A stretch of DNA of 56,332 nucleotides from Octopus bimaculoides (Eukaryota). The notes beneath the pieces were generated by a model. The model was not told the DNA's origin. It saw only the letters and a list, made by a program, of their open reading frames with translations, and made no database searches. The stretch spans positions 25,699,226-25,755,557 of the forward strand of contig NC_068981.1 of NCBI RefSeq assembly GCF_001194135.2. Reading direction: 5' to 3'. Positions 1 through 11,236 of this stretch are shown piece by piece. The position numbers were made by a program, and so were the translations under genes. The stretch's first letter is position 1, and every line of letters begins with the position of its first letter.

Positions 1-272
1 ACTCCACAGACACGTGTACCCTTAACGTAGTTATCGGGGATATTCAGCGTGACACAGCTGCCCCTTTGAATTACAGGCACAACAGAAAGAGGAAGTAAGA
101 GAAAGTTGTGGTGAAAGAGTACAGCAGGGTTCGCCAACATCCCCTGCCGGAGCCTCATGGAGCTTTAGATGTTTTCGCTCAATAAACACTCACAACGCCC
201 GGTCTGGGAATCGAAAACGCGATCCTATGACCGCGAGTCCGCTGCCCTAACCACTGGGCCATTGCGCCTTCA
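1..272 (-). mobile_element. tRNA-derived SINE (tRNA-Arg-like head), 3' end runs off the window
   Basis: Minus strand starts GGCGCAATGGCCCAGTGGTTAGGGCAGCGGACTCGCGG...TTTCGATTCCCAG (Pol III A/B-box-like), followed by a non-tRNA body; related sequence at 35618-35942. Confidence 0.75.
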
Positions 273-503
273 CTGTGGATTACTGTAAATAAATACTAAG
301 TAGCCCGTTGCACTGATTTGCCCGGGGGCTTATAATGCTACTTAGACAGCCTGCTTTCAGGTCTTCAATGGATATCTTTTAAAGTCTACTTAACAGAGAA
401 GTTACTTGAAAAGCTGAAAGAGCAAACGTGTATTTGATCTCTTGATATATGTGGTACAGATTATTCAAGCAAAAATTATGATAAGGAATGATTCTATTTG
501 ACT

Positions 504-713
504 GCGAGCTGGCAAAACCGTTAGCACGTCGGACAAAAATGCTTAACGGCAAAAATGCTTACGTTATGAGTTCAAATTTAACCGTGGTCAACTTTGCTTT
601 TCATCTTTTCAGGGTCGGTGAAATAAGTACCAGTTACGCACTGGGGGTCGATGTAATCCACTAGTCACCTCTCCCAAAATTTCAGGCCTTGAGCCAATAG
701 TAGAAAAGATTAT
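504..713 (+). mobile_element. SINE, GCGAGCTGGCAGAAACGTTAGCAC family
   Basis: Shares the head, the central TTTCATCYTTTCGGGGTCGATAAA..AAGTACC block and the CCCCAAAATTTCAGGCCTT tail with the copies at 1412, 34221 and 54197. Confidence 0.85.
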
Positions 714-1176
714 CATTTCTATTATTAGTCAAGAGTTTTATTTTTATCCCGCGTACTCACATATATACACGCACACACACGCAGACACACGCACAGTCAC
801 CCTCGTTTACGAACTGCGGAAGAAAATTCTTTACCTGTTTTGTTTTTCTTTTTACATTTGACAATATTTTTAATTATACATTGTATACCGTCAATCTGAC
901 ACGACCGTGTGCCGCCATAAAGAAGCATTTTATAACACTTATATCTTAGATAGGCATGTGAAGGACTTCCTATTAGATAGGATATCTTATCAGTCTACTG
1001 CGACAGTATATCAAGCATATTCTTTACTTATAATATGTATAAAACGTACTTTGAGTTTGTCTCCTGTTTTACCATTTACTAATACATTCGTAACTGGAGC
1101 AGTATTTACTCCCTAGCAACGCAGCCCTACTTTAAATGCTGCTACTGTTGCCAGCACATTATAATATTGTGCATTC

Positions 1177-1411
1177 ATAAGGCGGTGAGCTGGTAGAAAC
1201 GTTAGCACACCGAGCGAAATGCTTAGCGGCATTTCGTCTGCCGCTATATTCTGAGTTCAAATTCCGCCGATGTCGACTTTGCCTTTCATCCTATCGGGAT
1301 CGATAAATTAAGTACCAGTTACGCACTGGGGTCGATGTAATCGACTTCATCCCTTTGTCTGTCCTTGTTTGTCCTCTCTGTGTGTAGCCCCTCCTGGGCA
1401 GTAAAATAATA
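1177..1411 (+). mobile_element. SINE, same head family with an alternative 3' tail
   Basis: Same head and central block, but the tail is TTCATCCCTTTGTCTGTCCTTG...GGGCAGTAAAATAATAA. Confidence 0.85.
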
Positions 1412-1615
1412 AGAAACGTTAGCACGGCGAGTGAAATGCTTAGAGGTATTTTATGTATCTTTACGTTCTGAGTTCAAACTCTGCCGAGTCGACTTTGCCT
1501 TTCATCCCTTCGGGGTCGATAAGTTAAGTACCAGTTGCGTACTGGGGTCGATCTAATCGACTGGCCCCCTCCCCAAAAATTTCGGGCCTTGTGTCTAGAG
1601 TAGAAAAGATTATTT
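1412..1615 (+). mobile_element. SINE, 5'-truncated, tandem to the previous copy
   Basis: GAAACGTTAGCAC...GGGGTCGATCTAATCGACT...CCCCAAAAATTTCGGGCCTT. Confidence 0.85.
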
Positions 1616-1809
1616 ATTATAATTGTTCTTGATCTGAAAAGTTTCTAATTGGAAGTCCTTTACATGCCTATCTAATATGTAAATCATTGTGTTTCCTATT
1701 AGCAAACGAAAGACGTGTAACGGACAATAAAGAATATCAAGAGATTTCCATTTTCTTGTGTTATGAATTAACTCTGCAAATAGTTTTCCGATAATTCTCT
1801 AATGTAAGT

Positions 1810-3400
1810 AGTTGCCATGTTTATGCACCGTCCCTCAGTACACTGTAATTTATACACTATATATCTAACCTTACAGTATCGAGCCACGTAAGGGTTGACT
1901 GCGATGCGGGAAAAAAGGAAGAGAATGTAAAGGCCCAAACTCCTGTGAATAAACATACACCTGACTCCTCACAAACTCCCAAAACTGCTCCCAAACCCAC
2001 ACATACACCAGCCCTTACACTAGCAAAGACACCCATTCCCCCAACTGTGGTGCCCACACAAGCCCCCAAACAAGTAGTCCAAAAGCCACAAACTCCGCAC
2101 ACACCAGTCCCGACAACAAGAAAAATACTCATCCCTCAAAGTCGACGGCACCTGACAGTAAAAGTGTAACTCCTCCAGATGACACCATGGTAGCAATCAA
2201 GGCGGAGTACACTCTTGTTCAAGGTCCAACCAAAAGAAAGTTGACACAATCCCCGTTCACATATTCCACACAAACGGGAAATGTAACATCTCAACATTTA
2301 AAAACCATAACCCGCCCAATCGTTCTAGAACAAACAGGAGTTAAAAGGATTTTGGTCGTGTTCGACCCAAAGGACAGATACACTAATGAAGTGTGCCACA
2401 CCACACAAGGTTATATTCTAAGCACAAGGATTATCCTAGACAATGTGCCTTGATAGGCAAAACATTATTTAAACAACTGAAGGGGAGGCATCCAAAAGCC
2501 ATCTCTATGTTAAAAGACATTTCAAAACACCTTAGAGAAAAGGAGAAAATAGGGGCCCCTCATGAGACGTGAGGTCGACCCCACATCACCAATTAAAAGT
2601 AAGTAGAACCTTTGCTTTTCCTTAAAATGTCAACACTTAACAGTGGTTGTTTAAATGTGCGTGGTCTGAGCTTGAAGTGGAAGCAAGAATGTTTCCTCGA
2701 CGACCTTAGATAGCATGATATATATGTGATGGTCACTACAGAAACCAAGCTGGATAGGTTAGAAACCTTCTCAGCTCTCCTAAATGGCTATGAGAAAATC
2801 ATGTCTCCTGGCCAGAGCGGAGATCGAGAGGGTGTAGTAGTCCTGGTCTGAAAAAGCTTGGCTCAGCAGACAAGTACAGTCTTTGTGGACCCTGAAGGTG
2901 GGTTGGTCGTTCTTGATGTGACGTACAGCAACAAGACCTTCAGGTTGATCGGTATTTACGCGCTTTGTACAAGAAGGCAGCAAACTGATTTCTATCGGTT
3001 CCTAGAGAACTTTCTCGTGATGTTCAAAGCATTAGTTGTGTTAGAAGACTACAATTCTATTTTGGATGCACGCCTAGATAGCTGTGGCTCGACTGGTAGG
3101 AGTGATAACTCACGCCTCATTTTGCTGTCTCCTTCCCTTAACAGGGAAAGGTAGACTTGTTTTTTTTTTTTGCGTAGTAGCCATACTGAAAGAAACAGTA
3201 TGTAAGACGCGTGTAAGAGGTATAGTGACGGGTACCTTCGTCTCTGGCCAGGGGTTGGTTAATTTCTTTAGTTACCACCTCGATAGCAAGATCAGGCTGG
3301 AGAAGGGATACCTGTAACAGGATATGTTCGCGAAAAGATGGAAGCAAGTAATGAAGAAGCTGCGAATGACTGGTACGAGGTAAGTGGGGCCAGAAGGAAA
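1810..3400 (+). mobile_element. Decayed Tx1/L1-like LINE: ORF1 remnant, APE endonuclease and ORF2 C-terminus, RT deleted
   Basis: From ATG 2627 it reads MSTLNSGCLNVRGL...ETKLD...DPEGGLVVLDV...IGIYA...EDYNSILDARLD (APE motifs, two in-frame stops). A Pro/Thr-rich ORF1 tail lies upstream, and ...KIRLEKGYL*QDMFAKRW resembles an ORF2 end. Confidence 0.8.
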
Positions 3401-3651
3401 AGTAAAGGCTCGAACCTGGCTGTTGGATGCCTTTCCTTCAGTCACACATTGCAAAATTTGCAATGATCAACAAGTTTATACAGAAATTTCTAAAAGAAAA
3501 AAAAAGAAAAGATCCAATTTTTAACAGCCTGGCATTTATATTTTATCATTCGAAACTGTTTCATTCATAATAAGCAAATTCTTCACCTTCTATATCTGTT
3601 TGTTCTTCTTTGTGCCATCTATGTACGGCTTCCATAACCAATTTATGAAAT

Positions 3652-3791
3652 AAAGAAGCATACTTCCCAACCTAATGGCTCCCGGTTCCGTCGCTCTGCG
3701 TGGCACCTTGGGCAGGACTCTTTTTCTATAGCCTCGGGCCGACCAGAGCCTTGTGAATGGATTTGGTAGACGGAAATTGAAAGAAGCCGGT

Positions 3792-3834
<43 letters not shown>
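3652..3834 (+). mobile_element. SINE head running into an internal (GT)n and then a gap
   Basis: GCGTGGCACCTTGGGCAGG...GGATTTGGTAGACGGAAATTGAAAGAAGCC; the same motif recurs at 40587 and inverted at 50727-50870. Confidence 0.75.
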
Positions 3835-4527
3835 NNNNNNNNNNNNNNNNNNNNNNNNNNNNNNNNNNNNNNNNNNNNNNNNNNNNNNNNNNNNNNNNNN
3901 NNNNNNNNNNNNNNNNNNNNNNNNNNNNNNNNNNNNNNNNNNNNNNNNNNNNNNNNNNNNNNNNNNNNNNNNNNNNNNNNNNNNNNNNNNNNNNNNNNNN
4001 NNNNNNNNNNNNNNNNNNNNNNNNNNNNNNNNNNNNNNNNNNNNNNNNNNNNNNNNNNNNNNNNNNNNNNNNNNNNNNNNNNNNNNNNNNNNNNNNNNNN
4101 NNNNNNNNNNNNNNNNNNNNNNNNNNNNNNNNNNNNNNNNNNNNNNNNNNNNNNNNNNNNNNNNNNNNNNNNNNNNNNNNNNNNNNNNNNNNNNNNNNNN
4201 NNNNNNNNNNNNNNNNNNNNNNNNNNNNNNNNNNNNNNNNNNNNNNNNNNNNNNNNNNNNNNNNNNNNNNNNNNNNNNNNNNNNNNNNNNNNNNNNNNNN
4301 NNNNNNNNNNNNNNNNNNNNNNNNNNNNNNNNNNNNNNNNNNNNNNNNNNNNNNNNNNATTTGAACTTAGAACATAAAAACAGACGAAATATCGGAACAT
4401 GTACAACAAGGTGTTCTGTTTTTCTTTTTTTCTTCTTTTTTTTTTTTCGCTTTTTTACTTTGGATGTTTTACTAATTTACTGCCGTAGTATATTTACCAA
4501 AAAACAAAAGAGTTTAATTAAAGACAA

Positions 4528-4657
4528 AATTTATCGACCCCGAAAAGCTGAAAGGTAAAGTCGACCTCGGCGGCATTTGAGCTCAGAACGTAAAGATGGA
4601 CGAAATATCGCTAAGCGTTTCGCCCGGCATGTTAACATGTCTGCGAGCCGCCGCCTT
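4528..4657 (-). mobile_element. SINE (GCGAGCTGGCAG family), truncated
   Basis: Reverse complement of the 1177/34221 head and central block. Confidence 0.8.
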
Positions 4658-4802
4658 CTAGTGTTCGTGTAACATGAATACGAAGTATCCTGTTAGTGAA
4701 TGTAGGGGAGGCAACTTGTCTCGTTATGTGGAGTACGATAAAATTAAAAAAACATGGTCTATTACTCCCCCTTTTACATTTTTTTTACAACACGGAGATC
4801 CG

Positions 4803-4891
4803 ATTTTTCAATCATTTGACTGTGGCTATGCTGGAGAACCACCATACAGGGTATTTTAGTCGAAGAAATCGACTCCAGAACTTATTCTTTA
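4803..4891 (-). mobile_element. SINE 3' tail fragment (CCAGCATGGCCGCAGTC family)
   Basis: Reverse complement of the tail at 40770-40860. Confidence 0.65.
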
Positions 4892-5595
4892 TAAATTAGA
4901 GAGGGGAGTGCTTAGCAGTGATAAGTGAAATTGCAATGTTATTGTCAGTCCGAATATGTTTGATGCACGTTCAAACTGGGCAACAGGCTTCTCACAGCAT
5001 TTTGTCTCGGATAATAAGTCTCGATTGTTGACGAAATTTGTGTATTGTCTCCTACTGGTCACAGACACTAAGCGGACGGCACTGTGAGCTGAATTAAGAG
5101 ATTACCTCTCTTACGCTCTTCCAGCGGTTCACCGTAAATACATTACACAACATTCGTCAACAAGCGAGATATATTCACCGTGACAAAACGAAATGAGTGG
5201 CTTGTTACTGATCTACCGGGACATGGATTTGTTTATAGTGATCATTGATTGTGCAGCAAAATGCACACACTCTTTATCAAAAAAAAAAAGAAAAGAAAAA
5301 CATTACCTGTACTGGTGCACAGTGTGCCACGTGTCAGATGCTAAATCGATCGCAGATTTGAAATCAGAGTGGCTTTCTCCTAGTTTAGTTGCTCAAAAGC
5401 TAGAGCTCAGACTGGCCTATGAGTAAGTAGATGCTGATAGTGCACATCAACTAAGGGGGCCGTCAGCAACCAAACACCTGGTTTTTATAGCAGACCTTTC
5501 CTTCTCCTATTTAATGTTAGACATGTAAAACTCAAAGCGCTACTTAGATTATGGAAGAAACTATTGAGATTACAAGTGAATACCGCATTGTACGA

Positions 5596-5655
<60 letters not shown>
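5596..5655. repeat. Compound (GT)n(GA)n microsatellite
   Basis: Seen directly. Confidence 0.95.
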
Positions 5656-5656
<1 letters not shown>

Positions 5657-5856
5657 CTTGAAGCCGCCCGAAGGGCGGCATTCAGGCTAGCTCTTGCAGA
5701 GGGCACGTTTGAAACTTTCAGGATCCATTTCATCTCAATCTCGTTCTATCTTCTATTACAAATCTTTAGTCGGATACTGTAACCGGAACAGGAAGATTAG
5801 TTTTCTACTTAGACATGTTTCATAAATTACAAAATATAAATATCCACACTACCACA

Positions 5857-6309
5857 CTAGAAACGTACCTGTTATTAGTCTCAATTTGAATGTACGTGAA
5901 GCTATTTCGAATGCCCAAAATTATTTCTGAAAATGTGCTAAGCACTGATGCTGATCTTAGTTTAATCAATAAGCGCAGGAGCGCGGTAAATGCAGTAAAA
6001 ATAGCGGGGTCAGTTGGGCCCCATGTAAGTGGGTTTTCAGAAATTGAACCTCTTTACGATACTCCCTGGGAGTTCATGATATGAAGTTCATTATCATTGC
6101 TCCGATTTGGTCGGCAGTGTCATGTATTTAGTTTAAAATGCACTAAAAATAGGGTGTTCAGTGGGCCCCAATTAGGTGATCCTTAAAAAAAATAAACCCT
6201 TTTAGGATATTCCCTGGGATTAGGGGAGTTGCTGGTTAGCTGTCTAGGAGGAGTTAACATCCATTAAAACGTAACGGACAGAGAAACATCACTCAAATTT
6301 ATTTAAAGA
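5857..6309 (-). mobile_element. Non-autonomous Helitron-like element with an internal ~140-bp duplication
   Basis: Minus strand A|TC...CTAG|T termini; two diverged GCA(G/C)TAAAAATAG...GGGCCCCA...TCCCTGGGA units; no clear 3' hairpin. Confidence 0.45.
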
Positions 6310-6424
6310 TATGCATGTAAGCATATAGAGGTTTACTGTTACAAACAGGCATGTCGACGTTGTTGTCTTAAGTGTGATGCCACTTAGCAATGTAGATGAC
6401 TATATGCATATACATATGCACACA

Positions 6425-6456
<32 letters not shown>

Positions 6457-6499
6457 TATTGCGATTACACATGGGACTAGACCAGGGAAGCAATAATAA

Positions 6500-6870
6500 T
6501 GATTACTTTGACATAAAAAAAAGATGTAATACTGGCCATAGATGAAGTAGACGCAAACTCAGCTGCCGGCTCTGAAGGATTCCTAGCAAGTTCTCAAATC
6601 ATGCAAGTGAGTCAAAGCGAACCCACTACCATTTCTTTTTCAAAGCTTCCTCGCAAATGGTAAGCTCCCGGGAAAATTGAAGGTAGAAATAAAATTCTCC
6701 ATCCATTAAGAAGGAAACAGAGTTGATGCTAAAAGTTATAGGCTTGCCTCTTTGATCTTATATATCAGCAAATTCGTGCAACGAAAAGTTAGAAGAAATC
6801 TAATTACATCCATCCAAGACAATGACCTGTTGACTGACAACCAACATGATTTCGACCAGGTAGAAGCTGC
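6500..6870 (+). mobile_element. CR1-group LINE RT N-terminal fragment
   Basis: Frameshifted AIDEVDANSAAGSEG / FQSFLANGKLP / GNRVDAKSYRL.SL / LTDNQHDFRPGRSC. Confidence 0.75.
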
Positions 6871-7449
6871 TATGGGTAAAACTTAGTATGTTAATTATGT
6901 TACCTCACCACCCCTTCGCCAATACCCGGCGCCCCCTAGAAGGTAATGGACATTAGTTTGTAACCTTGTAAATGTTGAATGCATAAGAACACTCAAGTAT
7001 TATTCAGGTGTACCAACGATTTTCCAGAATTTTTGCTTCTAAAGCCTAATCGGATTAAGCGTTTTGCCAATCAATCCCTGGATAAACAATAATAATGCAT
7101 ATACTCACGTCTAACCTACTAATTATGTCCGAATTACAAATTATTTCTTATAGCTTACGTATCGGAGCATCACAGTCAATTAAAGTATTCCTCTGGTATA
7201 CTTTAATTTGCATGGTATTGACTGGTGCTTACGTTTGAAAATGTCAATGACGCTCTCAGGTCTCTTACCGGTGCATGATGAAACTAAAAGATAACTTTGA
7301 GCTAGATAAGCAGAGAATCTCTCAATATTTTGGTATCACCTATAACAAGTGCTGTGTAATTTGTACATGTAAACACAACACCATTTGTAGTCGCAGAGTG
7401 AAATAGACCGGTTGATACGTGTTTTTAATATTCTTCCTTAGTAATTCAC

Positions 7450-7790
7450 CGGGGGAATTTCAACCATGTTTCGTGGTCTGCTACCACAACAGCTCCTTTA
7501 TAGGATCCAGTTAGCTCAAGAAATCATCAGGAGGAACCACGTCCGGTTTCGGCCCCTACTCCTCTACCGTTTTGACGTGGCGGGGCCCCTCCTTTCGGAG
7601 GTGTCTTCAGCTCTGGTGCTGGGTGTATGTCTTCTTTCTTCTATTCCCTGGCCTCTTCGATGCAGCATCAACGAGTGTCAGCGTCCGACTGATCGTCCGC
7701 CTTTGAATTTGGTGGTCATTCTTGATACCTCGTTGTCGAAGTTTTTATAACTTGCTGCGTCATTTGCTTTCGGTACCATTAGTTGTCGGA
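7450..7790 (-). mobile_element. Possible LTR-retrotransposon 3' remnant
   Basis: GC-richer block. On the minus strand a purine-rich AAGGAGC is followed by TGTTGTGG at 7491, the same start as the Gypsy LTR at 53489. No diagnostic protein motif. Confidence 0.3.
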
Positions 7791-8196
7791 ATGCGCATCA
7801 GTTGAATACACATAGACTATATAGTCAGCACAATATTTTAAGTCACCAAATTGAGGTCAATTAAAATGGAATTATTTATAGTCTTTAGATGCAGAAAATT
7901 GTTATTAGTTTCATTCAGCAAAATATCTGAAAAATAAAATCCAGATTTTAATTCAACTTAGAAATCTCTAATGTATAGGCCTACAGCAAATATTCTGCTC
8001 AATACCACAGATTTGCTTCTCAGTTGTTTGACCTTAACCAGTTGAGCATGTCCCTTGGTGCCTGACGATATGTGCATCTCTGATCACGAGCTGAAGTAGA
8101 GGGGGAGCACCATTGCCATATGTTGAGAGGAATTCTTTGAGGTTTGAATAATTCACCTTTGAAAACATGGGTGTTTCGTCAAACATCATTAAACGA

Positions 8197-8447
8197 ATCT
8201 TTTTCAGAGACCTTTGTCGCCATCCTGGTAATGTGCACTTGGAAAGAGGTATCATCACTCATGTCGATACCCAGGTCTCTCACTGATTTAGGCTCTGGGA
8301 TTGAAATTCCCTGCGGACCAGTGTACTGTGTAAGTTTCATATTCAGTTTTGGACGTTCATAGCGCAGGGCATGGAGTTTTTCAGCATTAAACTGCATATT
8401 ATTATCCTCAGCCCAACTGTAAATTGAGTCCAACTCCTGCTGCAGAT
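8197..8447 (-). mobile_element. CR1-group LINE RT C-terminal fragment
   Basis: LQQELDSIYSWAEDNNMQFNAEK...EPKSVRDLGIDMSDDTSFQVHI. Confidence 0.85.
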
Positions 8448-8994
8448 ATATATATATATANNNNNNNNNNNNNNNNNNNNNNNNNNNNNNNNNNNNNNNN
8501 NNNNNNNNNNNNNNNNNNNNNNNNNNNNNNNNNNNNNNNNNNNNNNNNNNNNNNNNNNNNNNNNNNNNNNNNNNNNNNNNNNNNNNNNNNNNNNNNNNNN
8601 NNNNNNNNNNNNNNNNNNNNNNNNNNNNNNNNNNNNNNNNNNNNNNNNNNNNNNNNNNNNNNNNNNNNNNNNNNNNNNNNNNNNNNNNNNNNNNNNNNNN
8701 NNNNNNNNNNNNNNNNNNNNNNNNNNNNNNNNNNNNNNNNNNNNNNNNNNNNNNNNNNNNNNNNNNNNNNNNNNNNNNNNNNNNNNNNNNNNNNNNNNNN
8801 NNNNNNNNNNNNNNNNNNNNNNNNNNNNNNNNNNNNNNNNNNNNNNNNNNNNNNNNNNNNNNNNNNNNNNNNNNNNNNNNNNNNNNNNNNNNNNNNNNNN
8901 NNNNNNNNNNNNNNNNNNNNNNNNNNNNNNNNNNNNNNNNNNNNNNNNNNNNNNNNNNNNNNNNNNNNNNNNNNNCACATATATATAGATATAT

Positions 8995-9165
8995 ATGATG
9001 GCTGCCCCCTCGTTATTGAGTATGGCCATTGCATGAAGCTTAACTTAACGGTGCTGTGATCGAATGCGACTTTTGAGCCCAGCCAAAGATCTACAATGTC
9101 TTGCACAGAGTTGGCATCCAAAACCTTTACTGGCAATAGCTGACTGTTGTTGCAATTGGGATCCA
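8995..9165 (-). mobile_element. RTE-clade LINE 3' end (terminal zinc-finger-like motif and tail)
   Basis: 9125-9045 reads GFGCQLCARHCRSLAGLKSRIRSQHR*, matching the RTE/BovB-type C-x2-C...GLxSH.R.H terminus. Confidence 0.6.
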
Positions 9166-9183
9166 TGTACATATATACATATA

Positions 9184-9228
<45 letters not shown>

Positions 9229-10270
9229 GCAAAAGAAAACGAAGAAAAACGATGGTTACGTCATGAACTTCATTAGCTGAATTTCATAGCAACCATCTTT
9301 TTTCTTTGTCATCTCTTTTTCTTATAACCGCTCTATACCCGTATAAACTTCGTTCCGAAACAAAAAGTATATTGATTTCTACACCAGGTTATTAGTCGAG
9401 CAAACAAGAATCGAAATATATATCTATATATATACATGAAATCCATTACATAAGGAATGAGAAAGAACGGAAGACTTACTTTGAATTGAAAGCAAATCTT
9501 CAAAGGGAACCTTTAAACGTGTAAATCTGAACTGAAATAGTACACTTGTTCCTTTATTTGCATGTTCAACAGGGCTTGACAAAAAGGTCAGATCGTTGCT
9601 GGATTGTGACTGCTGCCCAGGAAAGAAAGATTGGGAAAATGAAACAAACAGAACAGTGACAATATAATGTTGTAATGCTTTCATCCGGTGTTGTAAAAAC
9701 ATCAACCACGAATCGGAAATGAATTGCTTTCTTTTGTAGTGTTTTATTATTATAACATATCGTGTGGGCAGAATGAAAGATATCAATACTTATGTACCTT
9801 ATTTATATCCGCAATGGATACGTTGTCAATGTGTTTGTCATTTGGCATCGCCAAAAATACAGTGTGTAATTTAGGCACAACGCCATTACATTTCAGGGTT
9901 GAACATTATTCGATGCCGATAACCAAATGCTTGTTGATTTGTACTTTTTTATATCGACCCCTGAAGGGATAGAATGCAAAGTAAATTTTGTCCGGATTTG
10001 AAATAAGAACAAATACACGAAGTATTTTTTCTGCACTAACCCTAAAATTCTCTCTCTCTATCTCTCTTCCCCCCTCTCTCTCTCTCTCTACACACACACA
10101 CATAATGTATGTATGTATGTAAACATGAACGTATGTATGTATGTATGTATGTTATCAATCAGTTTCATTTCTGTATTTCTTGTCAATAGAGAAAGAGCCG
10201 GACTCTAACATAGATTCAAGGCTCCTTCATTGGAACTTTTATCAACATCATCTATTTATTTGTGTATATG

Positions 10271-10304
<34 letters not shown>

Positions 10305-10583
10305 TGTATGTATGTATGTATCATTTCATACTTCTCATCTTCCCATCTTTGTGAATCTTAGAAAAAAACCATTCGTAAAGTTGCGACGAATTTTGTTGTA
10401 TGTGGAATATTTTATATCTGTAGCGCGGCAGTACCGACATCTCATGGCGTTGGTTTCTGTCTTCAAATACAAACAGCTTACATGCGTAGCCGTTGCTTCG
10501 TGCTGGTAACTGCGTAAAAACATGTTTCATGCACACAGACAGACCCCGCCCCCCACACACACACACAAATACACACAGACAAA

Positions 10584-10745
10584 GACAGGTGGTGTAGACA
10601 ACAAATAGAAGTATTAGTTTAACGCTCGGGAAGTGAAAAAGGCTTTAACGTTTCGAGCCTACGCTCTTCCACAGAAAGGATCACAGAAAGAAACAAGGAG
10701 TGAAAATAAAGAATGTGTAGTGGCTAGCGGTCTATCATGGCGAAT
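10584..10745 (-). mobile_element. Penelope-like terminal repeat fragment (family A)
   Basis: Reverse complement of 16943-17125; carries a hammerhead-like motif. Confidence 0.65.
10643..10678 (-). ncRNA. Minimal type-I hammerhead-like motif, A6U core variant
   Basis: CUUU-CUGUGGA-A-GAGC(GUAG)GCUC-GAAA-CG-UU-AAAG: stem I CUUU/AAAG, stem II 4 bp, palindromic ACGU at stem III, GUU cleavage triplet. Confidence 0.6.
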
Positions 10746-11019
10746 GTATATATATGTATANNNNNNNNNNNNNNNNNNNNNNNNNNNNNNNNNNNNNNNN
10801 NNNNNNNNNNNNNNNNNNNNNNNNNNNNNNNNNNNNNNNNNNNNNNNNNNNNNNNNNNNNNNNNNNNNNNNNNNNNNNNNNNNNNNNNNNNNNNNNNNNN
10901 NNNNNNNNNNNNNNNNNNNNNNNNNNNNNNNNNNNNNNNNNNNNNNNNNNNNNNNNNNNNNNNNNNNNNNNNNNNNNNNNNNNNNNNNNNNNNNNNNNNN
11001 NNNNNNNNNNNNTATATAC

Positions 11020-11070
11020 TCTTTTACTTGTTTCAGTCATTTGACTTCAGCCATGCTAGAGCACCGCCTT
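11020..11070 (-). mobile_element. SINE tail fragment
   Basis: CTTTTACTTGTTTCAGTCATTTGAC..CAGCCATGCT.GAGCACCGCC. Confidence 0.75.
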
Positions 11071-11072
11071 CA

Positions 11073-11236
11073 CTAGGGTGTTAGGGTTAAGGATTTAGGG
11101 TAAGGGTTAGGGTTTATGGTTACGGTTACGGGTTAGGGTTAAGATTAGTGTTACGGTTACAGTTTTAGGGTTAGAGTTAGGGTTAGGGTTAGTGCTAGGG
11201 TTAGTGTTAGAATTTGGTTTAGGATTAGGGTTGGGT
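11073..11236 (+). repeat. Degenerate interstitial telomeric (TTAGGG)n array
   Basis: Eight perfect TTAGGG units interleaved with TTACGG/TTAGTG/TTAGAG/CTAGGG variants. Confidence 0.85.

Noticed and set aside
198-270. tRNA-Arg-like gene on the minus strand
   Set aside because: The cloverleaf is imperfect and continues into a repeat body; it is a SINE head.
9424-9972. 120-aa and 82-aa ORFs
   Set aside because: No domain motifs or codon-like pattern; likely chance ORFs.
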